From assembly GCF_000027125.1 (NCBI RefSeq), contig NC_017626.1: DNA of 64,000 nucleotides; one strand, 5' to 3'. Origin of the DNA: Escherichia coli 042. Its GTDB lineage: Bacteria > Pseudomonadota > Gammaproteobacteria > Enterobacterales > Enterobacteriaceae. A program made the position numbers and the translations under genes. This document shows, piece after piece, positions 37,672 to 49,402 of the stretch. A model generated the notes under the pieces. That model searched no databases and had not been told where the DNA came from. It saw only the letters and a list, made by a program, of their open reading frames with translations. Each line of letters starts with the position of its first letter. Position 1 is the stretch's first letter.

Positions 37672-38823
37672 ATGGAATGGTTTATGGGCAAATATATTCG
37701 TCCCTTATCCGATGCGGTATTTACCATCGCATCTGATGACCTGTGGATCGAGAGTTTAGCGATCCAACAATTACACACCACGGCAAATTTACCCAACATG
37801 CAGCGCGTAGTAGGGATGCCAGATTTACATCCCGGACGCGGCTACCCGATTGGCGCAGCGTTCTTCTCCGCAGGCCGTTTTTACCCGGCACTGGTCGGCA
37901 ATGATATCGGCTGCGGCATGGCGCTATGGCAAACAGATATTCTCGCTCGCAAATACAACGCCGATAAGTTTGAAAAGCGATTATCAGCTTTGGATGACGT
38001 TGCTGAAGAAAGCTGGCTGGAGGAAAACCTGCCGTCAGCATTTGCACAGCATCCGTGGCGCAGCTCGCTTGGCTCTATCGGTGGCGGAAACCACTTCGCA
38101 GAACTGCAACAAGTTGATGAAATCATCGACGCTGAACTGTTTGCACTGGCAGGTCTGGATGCGCAGCATCTGCAACTGCTGGTTCATAGCGGCTCGAGGG
38201 GGTTGGGGCAGTCTATTTTACAGCGGCATATTGCCTCGTTTTCGCATCATGGTTTGCCTGAAGGCAGTGACGACGCGCTACGGTATATTGCGGAACATGA
38301 CGATGTGCTAGCGTTTGCGCGTATTAATCGCCAGATGATTGCTTTGCGCATAATGCAACAAGTTAAGGCCACCGGAAGTCCGGTTCTGGATGTGGCGCAT
38401 AACTTTGTTAGCGCGTGCCAAATCGGCGATCAACAGGGTTGGTTGCATCGTAAAGGTGCCACGCCGGATGACAACGGTCTGGTGATTATTCCCGGTTCAC
38501 GCGGTGATTACTCCTGGCTTGTACAGCCTGTTGCGAACGAAAAAACGCTCCACTCGCTGGCGCATGGGGCAGGGCGTAAATGGGGGCGCACCGAGTGTAA
38601 AGGGCGTCTGGCAGCGAAATGCACGGCGACGCAACTCTCGCGTACTGAACTTGGCAGTCGGGTAATTTGTCGCGATAAACAACTCATCTTTGAAGAAGCG
38701 CCACAAGCCTATAAATCGGCTGAAAGCGTGGTGCAATGTCTGGTGCAAGCCGGTTTAATTATTCCTGTCGCGCGGCTGCGTCCGGTGCTAACGCTCAAAA
38801 ACAGTGGAGGGAAAAAAGGATGA
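37672..38823 (+). CDS. RtcB-family RNA ligase paralog, full length
   Basis: 383-aa ORF with RtcB-like segments ([25 protein letters not shown]); stop overlaps the prfH start (ATGA). Confidence 0.8.
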   Translation: MEWFMGKYIRPLSDAVFTIASDDLWIESLAIQQLHTTANLPNMQRVVGMPDLHPGRGYPIGAAFFSAGRFYPALVGNDIGCGMALWQTDILARKYNADKFEKRLSALDDVAEESWLEENLPSAFAQHPWRSSLGSIGGGNHFAELQQVDEIIDAELFALAGLDAQHLQLLVHSGSRGLGQSILQRHIASFSHHGLPEGSDDALRYIAEHDDVLAFARINRQMIALRIMQQVKATGSPVLDVAHNFVSACQIGDQQGWLHRKGATPDDNGLVIIPGSRGDYSWLVQPVANEKTLHSLAHGAGRKWGRTECKGRLAAKCTATQLSRTELGSRVICRDKQLIFEEAPQAYKSAESVVQCLVQAGLIIPVARLRPVLTLKNSGGKKG

Positions 38824-39434
38824 TCTTGCTACAACTCTCCTCAGCGCAGGGGCCGGAAGAATGTTGCCTCGCAGTGAAAAAGGCGCTGGACAGGTTGATT
38901 AAAGAAGCTACCCGACAAGACGTCGCGATAACGGTGCTGGAAACAGAAACGGGTCGCTACTCTGACACGTTGCGTTCAGCGCTGATTTCTCTGGATGGCG
39001 ATAACGCATGGGCATTAAGCGAAAGTTGGTGCGGCACTATCCAGTGGATTTGTCCGAGTCCGTATCGGCCTCATCATGGGCGCAAAAACTGGTTTCTGGG
39101 CATTGGGCGTTTTACTGCTGATGAGCAGGAACAATCGGATGCAATCCGTTATGAGACGCTGCGTTCGTCGGGGCCGGGCGGTCAACATGTCAATAAAACC
39201 GACTCGGCGGTACGCGCCACGCATCTGGCATCCGGGATTAGCGTGAAGGTTCAGTCAGAGCGCAGCCAACATGCCAACAAACGGCTGGCGCGATTGCTGA
39301 TTGCCTGGAAGCTGGAGCAACAGCAACAGGAAAATAGCGCGGCGCTGAAATCGCAGCGGCGAATGTTCCATCACCAGATTGAACGTGGCAACCCGCGACG
39401 AACGTTTACAGGGATGGCTTTTGTCGCTGTGTAA
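38820..39434 (+). CDS. prfH: Peptide chain release factor homolog H
   Basis: 204-aa ORF with GGQ motif ([16 protein letters not shown]); start [16 protein letters not shown]. Confidence 0.85.
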   Translation: MILLQLSSAQGPEECCLAVKKALDRLIKEATRQDVAITVLETETGRYSDTLRSALISLDGDNAWALSESWCGTIQWICPSPYRPHHGRKNWFLGIGRFTADEQEQSDAIRYETLRSSGPGGQHVNKTDSAVRATHLASGISVKVQSERSQHANKRLARLLIAWKLEQQQQENSAALKSQRRMFHHQIERGNPRRTFTGMAFVAV

Positions 39435-39495
39435 TTGAGGAATGTCTCCCGCCGTTTTCTATATGAAAGCGGCGGGAAAAACGAAAGGAATAGTC

Positions 39496-40005
39496 ATGTT
39501 TATCGGTCATCTTCCGGCTGGTTATTTAATAACTTGTACTTTAATGAAACGCTTGCCACTGATTGCTCGTCATGCGCGCTGGGCGATGGTTATTGGCTTA
39601 CTTGGGGCCGTTGCGCCCGATTTTGATCTTTTTTGGTGCTATCTGGTTGATAACGGGCAACGACATCATCATCTTTACCCGTCTCATTGGCCATTATTAT
39701 GGTTTGCTCTGCTGGCGGCGACATTAGTCTGGGCAGGAATTGCGAAGAATAAACTTCCGGCGTGGCTGGGCGTGGTGTTTTGCCTGAATAGTATCGCGCA
39801 TTTATTACTCGATACGCTGGTCGGTGATATCTGGTGGCTGATGCCTTTCGTTAACCAACCGTTTGCATTCTTTCATATTACGGCGGTACATCATCCGTGG
39901 TGGCTCAATTTTTTATTACACTGGTCGTTTTTACTGGAACTGGCATTAGTGGTTGCCGCCATTGCCATGTGGTGCAGGCGTAATGCCAAAATGGTAAATG
40001 CATGA
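39496..40005 (+). CDS. Inner-membrane protein, possibly membrane-bound metal-dependent hydrolase family
   Basis: 170-aa multi-TM ORF with His-rich motifs (HARWAM, QRHHHLYPSHW, HHPWW); family assignment uncertain. Confidence 0.5.
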   Translation: MFIGHLPAGYLITCTLMKRLPLIARHARWAMVIGLLGAVAPDFDLFWCYLVDNGQRHHHLYPSHWPLLWFALLAATLVWAGIAKNKLPAWLGVVFCLNSIAHLLLDTLVGDIWWLMPFVNQPFAFFHITAVHHPWWLNFLLHWSFLLELALVVAAIAMWCRRNAKMVNA

Positions 40006-40311
40006 AAAAATTATTCTGACTTTAAGCGGCGTAACATGTTTCCTGGGGAAATTCTCCCGTGGTTAAGTATGCTCTCCTGACTTTGCCCCAGGCTCTGAAC
40101 ATATAAAATTTCTGCTTTTCACCCTTAAGTTCTTTCACGGATTCCAGCGCAAAACCTTCTTTGGTGATCAGAAATTCTCCCCATGAAATATGGTCGCAGC
40201 TATATAAATATGCGACCTTTTCATGAGTTTCATAATGTTTTGTTATTTCGATATAGATAGCCATTGGCTTCAAACAGTAGTCCACGCCCGCAGGCGTGGA
40301 CATTATTGTAA

Positions 40312-41769
40312 TTACTTCGCCGGAATTTCTTTCAGCAGTTCAGTCAGTAGTGTCCAGTAATGACCTACGCTTTCGATGTGAACTTGCTCATCCGGAGAGT
40401 GTGGACCGGTGATGGTTGGCCCGATAGAAACCATGTCCATTTCCGGATACGGTTTTTTAAACAGACCACATTCCAGGCCCGCGTGGATAATCTGGATGTT
40501 CGGCGTCTTGTTGAACAGACGCTGATAGGTTTCACGTACCAGATGCATCACCGGAGAATTAGCGTCTGGCTGCCAGCCAGGATATGCGCCTTTCGCTTCG
40601 GTTTTCGCGCCTGCCAGTTTACCCAGCGAATCCAGCATGCTCACCACGTAGTCTTTACCGCTGTCGATCAGAGAACGGATCAGGCAGTGAATTTCTACGT
40701 TATTGTCAGTCATGGTCACCACACCGACGTTCAGGGAGGTTTCGACCACACCTTTTGCCACGTCGGAGTTGCGGATCACACCGTTCGGGGTAGCGTTCAG
40801 CAGACGAATAAAGGTATCGCGAGATTTCGCAATCAGGGCAGCTTTATCGTTCGCAACAGAGTCCAGCAGCAATGCCAGATTTTTCTCTTTCTCTGCCAGC
40901 TCGTTTTTCAGGATCTCCTGATAGGTATTCACCAGAGATTTCAGTGCGTCGACTTTATCAGCTGCGACAGCAATCGTCGCAAAGGCTTCACGCGGGATGG
41001 CGTTACGCAGTGTGCCACCGTTGAAATCGATAAGGCGCAGGTCCAGCTCTTCCGCATGACCCGCCAGGAAGCGCACCAGCAGTTTGTTGGCATTACCCAG
41101 GCCAACGTGGATTTCACCGCCGGAGTGACCGCCTTTTAGACCTTTTAAGGTTAACTTGAAGGTTTCAAAACCAGCTGGAACCGCTTCACGATCTAAATGC
41201 AGGTTGGAGGTGAAGTCGATACCCCCCGCGCAACCCATGTAGATTTCACCTTCTTCTTCGGAGTCGGTGTTAATCAGAATATCAGCCTGCAACCAGTTGC
41301 TCTGTAAGCCGAACGCACCGTCCATACCGGCTTCTTCGGTCATGGTCAGCAGCACTTCCAGCGGGCCGTGAACCACGTTTTCGTCAGCCAGAACCGCCAG
41401 TGCAGAGGCCATACCAATACCGTTATCCGCACCCAGCGTGGTGCCGCGCGCTTTAACCCATTCGCCATCAATATAAGGCTGGATAGGATCTTTAGTGAAG
41501 TCATGCACGGTGTCGTTATTTTTCTGCGGCACCATATCGAGGTGGGCCTGCAAGACGACTGGTTTACGATTTTCCATACCTGCGGTAGCAGGTTTACGAA
41601 TCAGGATATTACCTACCTGATCGCGTTCGACATGGAAACCTTTCTCTTTTGCCCAACCAACAATGTATTCAGCGAGTTGCTCTTCATGATAGGACGGGTG
41701 AGGAATAGAACAGATTTTGGCAAAAATATCCCACAGCGGCTGTGGAGATAATTGAGACAGTTCAGACAC
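40312..41769 (-). CDS. pepD: Cytosol non-specific dipeptidase (Xaa-His dipeptidase)
   Basis: 485-aa M20-family ORF (MSELSQLSPQPLWDIFAKICSIPHPSYHEEQL). Confidence 0.95.
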   Translation of the reverse strand: MSELSQLSPQPLWDIFAKICSIPHPSYHEEQLAEYIVGWAKEKGFHVERDQVGNILIRKPATAGMENRKPVVLQAHLDMVPQKNNDTVHDFTKDPIQPYIDGEWVKARGTTLGADNGIGMASALAVLADENVVHGPLEVLLTMTEEAGMDGAFGLQSNWLQADILINTDSEEEGEIYMGCAGGIDFTSNLHLDREAVPAGFETFKLTLKGLKGGHSGGEIHVGLGNANKLLVRFLAGHAEELDLRLIDFNGGTLRNAIPREAFATIAVAADKVDALKSLVNTYQEILKNELAEKEKNLALLLDSVANDKAALIAKSRDTFIRLLNATPNGVIRNSDVAKGVVETSLNVGVVTMTDNNVEIHCLIRSLIDSGKDYVVSMLDSLGKLAGAKTEAKGAYPGWQPDANSPVMHLVRETYQRLFNKTPNIQIIHAGLECGLFKKPYPEMDMVSIGPTITGPHSPDEQVHIESVGHYWTLLTELLKEIPAK

Positions 41770-42029
41770 GTTAAGTCTCCTTGTCGATCACCCGCAAAAC
41801 AGTATTGCAGGTCACAGGGTTAGCAGAAAATGTTGTCAACACAAGACAGGCTTGCGAGATATGTTTGAGAATACCACTTTATCCCGCGTCAGGGAGAGGC
41901 AGTGCGTAAAAAGACGCGGACTCATGTGAAATACTGGTTTTTAGTGCGCCAGATCTCTATAATCTCGCGCAACCTATTTTCCCCTCGAACACATTTTAAG
42001 CCGTAGATAAACAGGCTGGGACACTTCAC

Positions 42030-42488
42030 ATGAGCGAAAAATACATCGTCACCTGGGACATGTTGCAGATCCATGCACGTAAACTCGCAAGCCGACTGAT
42101 GCCTTCTGAACAATGGAAAGGCATTATTGCCGTAAGCCGTGGCGGTCTGGTACCGGGTGCGTTACTGGCGCGTGAACTGGGTATTCGTCATGTCGATACC
42201 GTTTGTATTTCCAGCTACGATCACGACAACCAGCGCGAGCTTAAAGTGCTGAAACGTGCAGAAGGCGATGGCGAAGGCTTCATCGTTATTGATGACCTGG
42301 TGGATACCGGTGGTACTGCGGTTGCGATTCGTGAAATGTATCCAAAAGCGCACTTTGTCACCATCTTCGCAAAACCGGCCGGTCGCCCGCTGGTTGATGA
42401 TTATGTTGTTGATATCCCGCAAGATACCTGGATCGAACAGCCGTGGGATATGGGCGTCGTATTCGTCCCGCCAATCTCCGGTCGCTAA
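42030..42488 (+). CDS. gpt: Xanthine-guanine phosphoribosyltransferase
   Basis: 152-aa ORF with PRPP-binding motif ([12 protein letters not shown]). Confidence 0.95.
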
Positions 42489-42494
42489 TCTTTT

Positions 42495-42528
42495 CAACGC
42501 CTGGCACTGCCGGGCGTTGTTCTTTTTA
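42495..42528 (+). terminator. Rho-independent terminator after gpt
   Basis: Hairpin AACGCC...GGCGTT followed by GTTCTTTTT. Confidence 0.6.
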
Positions 42529-42579
42529 ACTTCAGGCAGGTTACAATAGTTTCCAGTAAGTATTCTGGAGGCTGCATCC

Positions 42580-43824
42580 ATGACACAGGCAAACCTGAGC
42601 GAAACCCTGTTCAAACCCCGCTTTAAACATCCTGAAACCTCGACGCTAGTCCGCCGCTTTAATCACGGCGCACAACCGCCTGTGCAGTCGGCCCTTGATG
42701 GTAAAACCATCCCTCACTGGTATCGCATGATTAACCGTCTGATGTGGATCTGGCGCGGCATTGACCCACGTGAAATCCTCGACGTCCAGGCACGTATTGT
42801 GATGAGCGATGCCGAACGTACCGACGATGATTTATACGATACGGTGATTGGCTACCGTGGTGGCAACTGGATTTATGAGTGGGCCACCCAGGCGATGGTG
42901 TGGCAACAAAAAGCCTGTGCAGAAGAAGATCCGCAACTCAGTGGTCGTCACTGGCTGCATGCGGCTACGTTGTACAACATTGCCGCCTATCCTCATCTGA
43001 AAGGAGATGACCTGGCCGAGCAAGCGCAGGCTTTGTCAAACCGCGCCTATGAAGAGGCCGCTCAGCGTCTGCCGGGCACCATGCGGCAGATGGAGTTTAC
43101 CGTACCCGGCGGTGCGCCCATCACCGGCTTTTTGCATATGCCGAAAGGCGATGGCCCGTTCCCGACAGTATTAATGTGTGGTGGTCTGGATGCGATGCAG
43201 ACGGACTATTACAGCCTGTATGAACGTTATTTTGCGCCGCGCGGCATTGCGATGCTGACTATTGATATGCCGTCGGTGGGCTTTTCTTCAAAATGGAAGC
43301 TCACCCAGGACTCCAGCCTGTTGCATCAGCACGTCTTAAAGGCGCTGCCTAACGTACCGTGGGTAGATCACACTCGCGTCGCGGCCTTTGGTTTCCGTTT
43401 CGGCGCTAACGTTGCCGTGCGTCTGGCATACCTTGAATCGCCGCGTCTGAAAGCGGTTGCCTGTCTTGGTCCGGTAGTTCATACCCTGTTGAGTGATTTT
43501 AAGTGCCAGCAACAGGTGCCGGAAATGTATCTTGACGTTCTGGCGAGCCGTTTGGGGATGCATGATGCTTCCGACGAAGCGTTGCGCGTGGAGCTGAATC
43601 GCTATTCATTAAAAGTGCAAGGATTGCTGGGACGTCGCTGCCCAACGCCAATGTTATCAGGCTACTGGAAGAACGATCCGTTCAGCCCGGAAGAGGACTC
43701 ACGCTTAATCACCTCATCATCTGCTGACGGTAAATTGTTAGAGATCCCATTTAACCCGGTGTATCGGAATTTTGACAAAGGTCTTCAGGAAATCACCGAC
43801 TGGATCGAAAAACGATTGTGTTAA
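42580..43824 (+). CDS. frsA: Esterase FrsA
   Basis: 414-aa alpha/beta-hydrolase ORF in gpt-frsA-crl order. Confidence 0.9.
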
Positions 43825-44283
<459 letters not shown>

Positions 44284-44291
44284 GTGAAATG

Positions 44292-44314
44292 TGCCGGATG
44301 CATCACATCCGGCA
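44292..44314. terminator. Bidirectional terminator hairpin between convergent crl and phoE
   Basis: GCCGGATG-CATCA-CATCCGGC stem-loop in a 38-bp convergent intergenic space. Confidence 0.55.
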
Positions 44315-44321
44315 ATATCCA

Positions 44322-45377
44322 TTAAAACTGATAGGTCATGCCAACCGCGACAATATCATCATTATTGATGTTCAGCTTATTATCGCTATCTAGTTGGTTT
44401 ATTTTATAATCAACAAATGCCGACATATTTTTGTTGAAATAATACGTAGCACCAACATCGATATAATTGACCAGATCTTCATCACCGATGCCTTCAATAT
44501 CTTTCCCTTTCGATAAGACATAACCCAGCGACGGACGCAGACCAAAGTCAAACTGGTATTGGGCGACCGCTTCAAAGTTCTGTGTCTTATTGGCAAAGCC
44601 GCCAGTTATTGGCGTCATTTTGCGTGTTTCAGAATAGAAAGTTGCCAGATAAATATTATTGGCATCGTATTTCAGACCTGTTGCCCATGCTTCTGCACGC
44701 TTGCCTGTGCCACGGCTTTGCAGATTCTGCTCGTTGGTGCGATCTGAGTTGGTATAGGCCCCACTAATGGCGAAATCGCTGCCGCCAAAGTCATATGTCA
44801 ATGACGTGCCGAAGCCATCGCCGTTTTGCTTTTTAACGTCGCGGTTTTCGTTTTTCCCTTGATATTGCAGGGTTAAGTTCAGACCATCGATAACGCCGAA
44901 GAAGTCAGTGTTACGGTAAGTGGCCAGACCGCTGGCGCGTTTGGTCATAAAGTTGTCGGTCTGCGCCGAGGAGTCGCCACCAAATTCCGGGAACATATCG
45001 GTCCAGGCTTCCACGTCATACAGCGCGCCCAGGTTACGACCATAATCGAAAGAACCCAAATCTTTATATTTCAACCCGGCAAAAGCGAGACGTGTTTTTT
45101 GCTGTGCAGTATCACTCTCTGCTTTATTACCGGCAAACTCTGCTTCCCAGCGACCATAACCGGTCAATTGATCGTTAATTTGTGTTTCGCCTTTAAAACC
45201 AAAACGGATATAACTCTGGTCGCCATCTTTACTGTCATTATCACTCATATAATGCATGGCTTTAACTTTGCCATAGACATCCAGTTTATTACCGTCTTTG
45301 TTATATATTTCTGCGGCCTGTACGGATGCAGATGCCACAATGCCCATCACCACTAATGCCAGAGTGCTCTTTTTCAT
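44322..45377 (-). CDS. phoE: Outer membrane phosphoporin PhoE
   Basis: Signal peptide [21 protein letters not shown], porin beta-barrel, C-terminal Phe; start set at the third codon of the track ORF. Confidence 0.92.
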   Translation of the reverse strand: MKKSTLALVVMGIVASASVQAAEIYNKDGNKLDVYGKVKAMHYMSDNDSKDGDQSYIRFGFKGETQINDQLTGYGRWEAEFAGNKAESDTAQQKTRLAFAGLKYKDLGSFDYGRNLGALYDVEAWTDMFPEFGGDSSAQTDNFMTKRASGLATYRNTDFFGVIDGLNLTLQYQGKNENRDVKKQNGDGFGTSLTYDFGGSDFAISGAYTNSDRTNEQNLQSRGTGKRAEAWATGLKYDANNIYLATFYSETRKMTPITGGFANKTQNFEAVAQYQFDFGLRPSLGYVLSKGKDIEGIGDEDLVNYIDVGATYYFNKNMSAFVDYKINQLDSDNKLNINNDDIVAVGMTYQF

Positions 45378-45664
45378 TTTCATTCCTGATTTTAATTAAC
45401 GCGCGAATATTCAGCGGGAGAGTCCCGTTGAAAACAGGAAAGTTTTTAACCTGAGATTGTTAAAGATATATTACAGATTAATAATATTCTTAAAATGTGG
45501 TAATTTATTAAATCTGTAATAAAAGCGTAAACAACTGCCGCTACGCTTGCTGATCCCGCGCAACAAAACGCCATGCTTTGCTCGCAGAAGGTTGGCAACC
45601 GACGACAGTCCTGCTAAAACGTTCGTTTGATATCATTTTTCCTAAAATTGAATGGCAGAGAATC

Positions 45665-46768
45665 ATGAGTGACAGCCAGACGCTGGTGGTAAAACTCGGC
45701 ACCAGTGTGCTAACAGGCGGATCGCGCCGCCTGAACCGTGCCCATATTGTTGAACTCGTTCGCCAGTGCGCGCAGTTACATGCCGCCGGGCATCGGATTG
45801 TTATTGTGACGTCGGGCGCGATTGCCGCCGGACGTGAGCACCTGGGTTACCCAGAACTACCAGCGACTATCGCCTCGAAACAATTGCTGGCGGCGGTAGG
45901 GCAGAGTCGACTGATTCAACTGTGGGAACAGCTGTTTTCGATTTATGGCATTCACGTCGGGCAAATGCTGCTGACCCGTGCTGATATGGAAGACCGTGAA
46001 CGCTTCCTGAACGCCCGCGACACCCTGCGTGCGTTGCTCGATAACAATATCGTTCCGGTAATCAATGAGAACGATGCTGTCGCTACTGCAGAGATTAAGG
46101 TCGGCGATAACGATAACCTTTCTGCGCTGGCGGCGATTCTGGCGGGTGCCGATAAACTGTTGCTGCTGACCGATCAAAAAGGTTTGTACACCGCTGACCC
46201 GCGCAGCAATCCGCAGGCAGAACTGATTAAAGATGTTTACGGCATTGATGACGCACTGCGCGCGATTGCCGGTGACAGTGTTTCAGGCCTCGGAACTGGC
46301 GGCATGAGTACCAAATTGCAGGCCGCGGACGTGGCTTGCCGTGCGGGTATCGACACCATTATTGCCGCGGGCAGCAAGCCGGGCGTTATTGGTGATGTGA
46401 TGGAAGGCATTTCCGTGGGTACGCTGTTCCATGCCCAGGCGACTCCGCTTGAAAACCGTAAACGCTGGATTTTCGGTGCGCCGCCGGCGGGTGAAATCAC
46501 GGTAGATGAAGGGGCAACCGCCGCCATTCTTGAACGCGGCAGCTCCCTGTTGCCGAAAGGTATTAAAAGCGTGACTGGCAATTTCTCGCGTGGTGAAGTC
46601 ATCCGCATTTGCAACCTCGAAGGTCGCGATATCGCCCACGGCGTCAGTCGTTACAACAGCGATGCATTACGCCGTATTGCCGGACACCACTCGCAAGAAA
46701 TTGATGCAATACTGGGATATGAATATGGCCCGGTTGCCGTTCACCGTGATGACATGATTACCCGTTAA
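45665..46768 (+). CDS. proB: Glutamate 5-kinase
   Basis: Start [19 protein letters not shown]; amino-acid kinase domain plus C-terminal PUA domain. Confidence 0.95.
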
Positions 46769-46779
46769 GGAGCTGGCCG

Positions 46780-48033
46780 ATGCTGGAACAAATGGGCATT
46801 GCCGCAAAGCAAGCCTCGTATAAATTAGCGCAACTCTCCAGCCGCGAAAAAAATCGTGTGCTGGAAAAAATCGCCGATGAACTGGAAGCACAAAGCGAAA
46901 TCATCCTCAACGCTAACGCCCAGGATGTTGCTGACGCGCGTGCCAATGGCCTTAGCGAAGCGATGCTTGACCGTCTGGCACTGACGCCCGCACGGCTGAA
47001 AGGCATTGCTGACGATGTGCGCCAGGTGTGTAACCTTGCCGATCCGGTGGGGCAGGTAATCGATGGCGGCGTACTGGACAGCGGCCTGCGTCTTGAGCGT
47101 CGTCGCGTACCGCTGGGCGTGATTGGCGTGATTTATGAAGCGCGGCCGAACGTGACGGTTGATGTCGCTTCGCTGTGCCTGAAAACGGGTAACGCGGTGG
47201 TCCTGCGTGGCGGTAAAGAAACCTGCCGCACTAACGCTGCAACGGTGGCGGTGATTCAGGACGCCCTGAAATCCTGCGGCTTACCGGCGGGTGCCGTGCA
47301 GGCGATTGATAATCCTGACCGTGCGCTGGTCAGTGAAATGCTGCGTATGGATAAATACATCGACATGCTGATCCCGCGTGGTGGCGCTGGCCTGCATAAA
47401 CTGTGCCGCGAACAGTCGACGATCCCGGTGATCACAGGTGGTATAGGCGTATGCCATATTTATGTTGATGAAAGTGCAGAGATCGCTGAAGCCCTGAAAG
47501 TAATCGTCAACGCGAAAACCCAGCGTCCGAGCACATGTAATACGGTTGAAACGTTGCTGGTGAATAAAAACATCGCCGATAGCTTCCTGCCCGCATTAAG
47601 CAAACAAATGGCGGAAAGCGGCGTGACATTACACGCAGATGCAGCTGCGCTGGCGCAGTTGCAGACAGGCCCCGCGAAGGTGGTGGCTGTGAAAGCGGAA
47701 GAGTATGACGATGAGTTTCTGTCATTAGATTTGAACGTCAAAATCGTCAGCGATCTTGACGATGCCATCACCCATATTCGTGAACACGGCACACAACACT
47801 CCGATGCGATCCTGACCCGCGATATGCGCAACGCCCAGCGTTTTGTTAACGAAGTGGATTCGTCCGCTGTTTACGTTAACGCCTCTACGCGTTTTACCGA
47901 CGGCGGCCAGTTTGGTCTGGGTGCGGAAGTGGCGGTAAGCACACAAAAACTCCACGCGCGTGGCCCAATGGGGCTGGAAGCACTGACCACTTACAAGTGG
48001 ATCGGCATTGGTGATTACACCATTCGTGCGTAA
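46780..48033 (+). CDS. proA: Gamma-glutamyl phosphate reductase
   Basis: 417-aa aldehyde-dehydrogenase-family ORF directly after proB. Confidence 0.95.
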   Translation: MLEQMGIAAKQASYKLAQLSSREKNRVLEKIADELEAQSEIILNANAQDVADARANGLSEAMLDRLALTPARLKGIADDVRQVCNLADPVGQVIDGGVLDSGLRLERRRVPLGVIGVIYEARPNVTVDVASLCLKTGNAVVLRGGKETCRTNAATVAVIQDALKSCGLPAGAVQAIDNPDRALVSEMLRMDKYIDMLIPRGGAGLHKLCREQSTIPVITGGIGVCHIYVDESAEIAEALKVIVNAKTQRPSTCNTVETLLVNKNIADSFLPALSKQMAESGVTLHADAAALAQLQTGPAKVVAVKAEEYDDEFLSLDLNVKIVSDLDDAITHIREHGTQHSDAILTRDMRNAQRFVNEVDSSAVYVNASTRFTDGGQFGLGAEVAVSTQKLHARGPMGLEALTTYKWIGIGDYTIRA

Positions 48034-48147
48034 ATAAAACCGGGTGATGCAAAAGTAGCCATTTGATTCACAAGGCCATTGACGCATCGCCCGGTTAGTT
48101 TTAACCTTGTCCACCGTGATTCACGTTCGTGAACATGTCCTTTCAGG

Positions 48148-48223
48148 GCCGATATAGCTCAGTTGGTAGAGCAGCGCATTCGTAATGCGAAGGTCGTAGG
48201 TTCGACTCCTATTATCGGCACCA
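48148..48223 (+). tRNA. thrW: tRNA-Thr (anticodon CGT)
   Basis: GCCGATATAGCTCAGTTGGTAGAGCAGCGCATTCGTAATGCGAAGGTCGTAGGTTCGACTCCTATTATCGGCACCA; cloverleaf with CGT anticodon and 3' CCA. Confidence 0.95.
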
Positions 48224-48224
48224 T

Positions 48225-48503
48225 TTAAATCAATAAGTTACACATAATTAGTACCTTCCTTTTTTTTGACTGGGACAAATTTGGGACCGATGGGTTCAGG
48301 ACTGAGTCTATTTGCCGTGCGTGTTCGGTAAGGTGATTAGGCGCGAGGTGAGCATATCGACGAACCATTTCGATAGACTCCCAGCCTCCCATTTCTGAAA
48401 ATGCAAGAAGAGAAACACTGGACTGAACCAGCCTGCTTGCCTTTGCTATCAAAGTACCTTGAAGGCCAGATGATTTCTGGCGATATTTACAGCGCTTCCG
48501 CAA
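48225..48503 (-). pseudogene. 3' remnant of a P4-type tyrosine integrase gene abutting thrW
   Basis: C-terminal integrase signature [32 protein letters not shown] with the catalytic-Tyr RRYAHL motif; no N-terminal or core domains upstream. Confidence 0.75.
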
Positions 48504-48585
48504 TGAGTTTTTCTCTGTGCCGCCAGAGGCGTTCCCCGCTTTTTCAGCACCGCAATAATGTCGGCGGAATGCCAGTCCTGTTGCA

Positions 48586-49056
48586 TCATGCGGCCACCTC
48601 GCTGATAAATTTTACGCCGTCGGCGGTACGCAGCCAGCGTGGGGCTTTGAGTCCTTCCGTGAAATACCAGACCAGCTCACACAGCAGCCCGGTCAGGGTT
48701 TGCTCCATTTTTGGTTCCGCCGGACGTTCCAGCAGAAGCTGGAGTAGTGCGAGGCAGTATTCGCACAAGGAATCAGGTTCGGAAATAAAGTGCTCTGGTG
48801 TGGCGGGAAGGGTATCCACGGTCAGGCTTTCGGTAAGATGCGGTGGGATGGGGTCGTGTAGTGTGGGTTGCAGTAGCGCAAGAGCCGCGTGAAGCCGCCC
48901 GCAGAGCGCCAGTCGTAGCGCTGGATCGTCGGTTTCAATCAGGGTTTCGGCAAAGCGGGCGCAGTAGTCAGCAAGGACAGTGAAATCCGTGGTGGCATTG
49001 AAGGGGACGGTCAATAGATCGAGTAAATCGCTGTCAGTGGTGAGGATTGTAGCCAT
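48586..49056 (-). CDS. Hypothetical 156-aa protein, function unknown
   Basis: Acidic Leu-rich ORF with GGAGG ribosome-binding site 8-12 nt upstream of the ATG; no motif recognised. Confidence 0.55.
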   Translation of the reverse strand: MATILTTDSDLLDLLTVPFNATTDFTVLADYCARFAETLIETDDPALRLALCGRLHAALALLQPTLHDPIPPHLTESLTVDTLPATPEHFISEPDSLCEYCLALLQLLLERPAEPKMEQTLTGLLCELVWYFTEGLKAPRWLRTADGVKFISEVAA

Positions 49057-49059
49057 AGG

Positions 49060-49260
49060 GCAACCTCCGATAAGTGGGTGTTCAAGCCACCACCGGAGAG
49101 GCTAATCTCGCGGGTGGTGGAACCGGGCAGGGTTAGCCTTACCAGCCTTATCGGACACTGGCGCGTCTTGCGACGCCCCCGCCCGGCCCACCATTGAGAT
49201 GTAACCGTGCGAACAACACAAAAAAAGACGCTGGCGCGTCATGTGTCGCCGATAAGATTT
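49060..49260. repeat. Cluster of degenerate REP-like palindromic units and hairpins
   Basis: GACACTGGCGCGTCTTGCGACGCC (49155-49178) and GACGCTGGCGCGTCATGTGTCGCC (49227-49250); CCGATAAG/CTTATCGG three times; 8-bp inverted repeat CCACCACC/GGTGGTGG (49087-49094/49113-49120); minus-strand GACGC-loop-GCGTC hairpin followed by T7 (49221-49241). Confidence 0.65.
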
Positions 49261-49402
49261 CTTCAGGAGGCTAATCCCGACGCCTGATTTTGCAGGCGCG
49301 GGAGAAAGATACTGCGATTGGTCATGAGTGGCAAGGGCTACATCATGTTTACCGACATCTCACGCAAAAATACCCTGATTATTAATAGCGAAAATCAGTT
49401 TC

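Noticed and set aside
40022-40303. 93-aa minus-strand ORF downstream of pepD
   Set aside because: No recognisable motif; overlaps a hairpin (GTCCACGCCCGCAGGCGTGGAC, 40277-40300) that is more likely the pepD terminator. Could be a real small gene but support is insufficient.
48401-48892. 163-aa plus-strand ORF
   Set aside because: Antisense to the integrase remnant and the 156-aa gene, Ser/Arg/Cys-rich, no ribosome-binding site; likely a shadow ORF.
49248-49256. Exact GCCGATAA (sigma-28 -10 consensus) in the spacer downstream of the RT gene
   Set aside because: No TAAA-type -35 element at the required spacing and the motif is part of a REP-like unit; judged coincidental.
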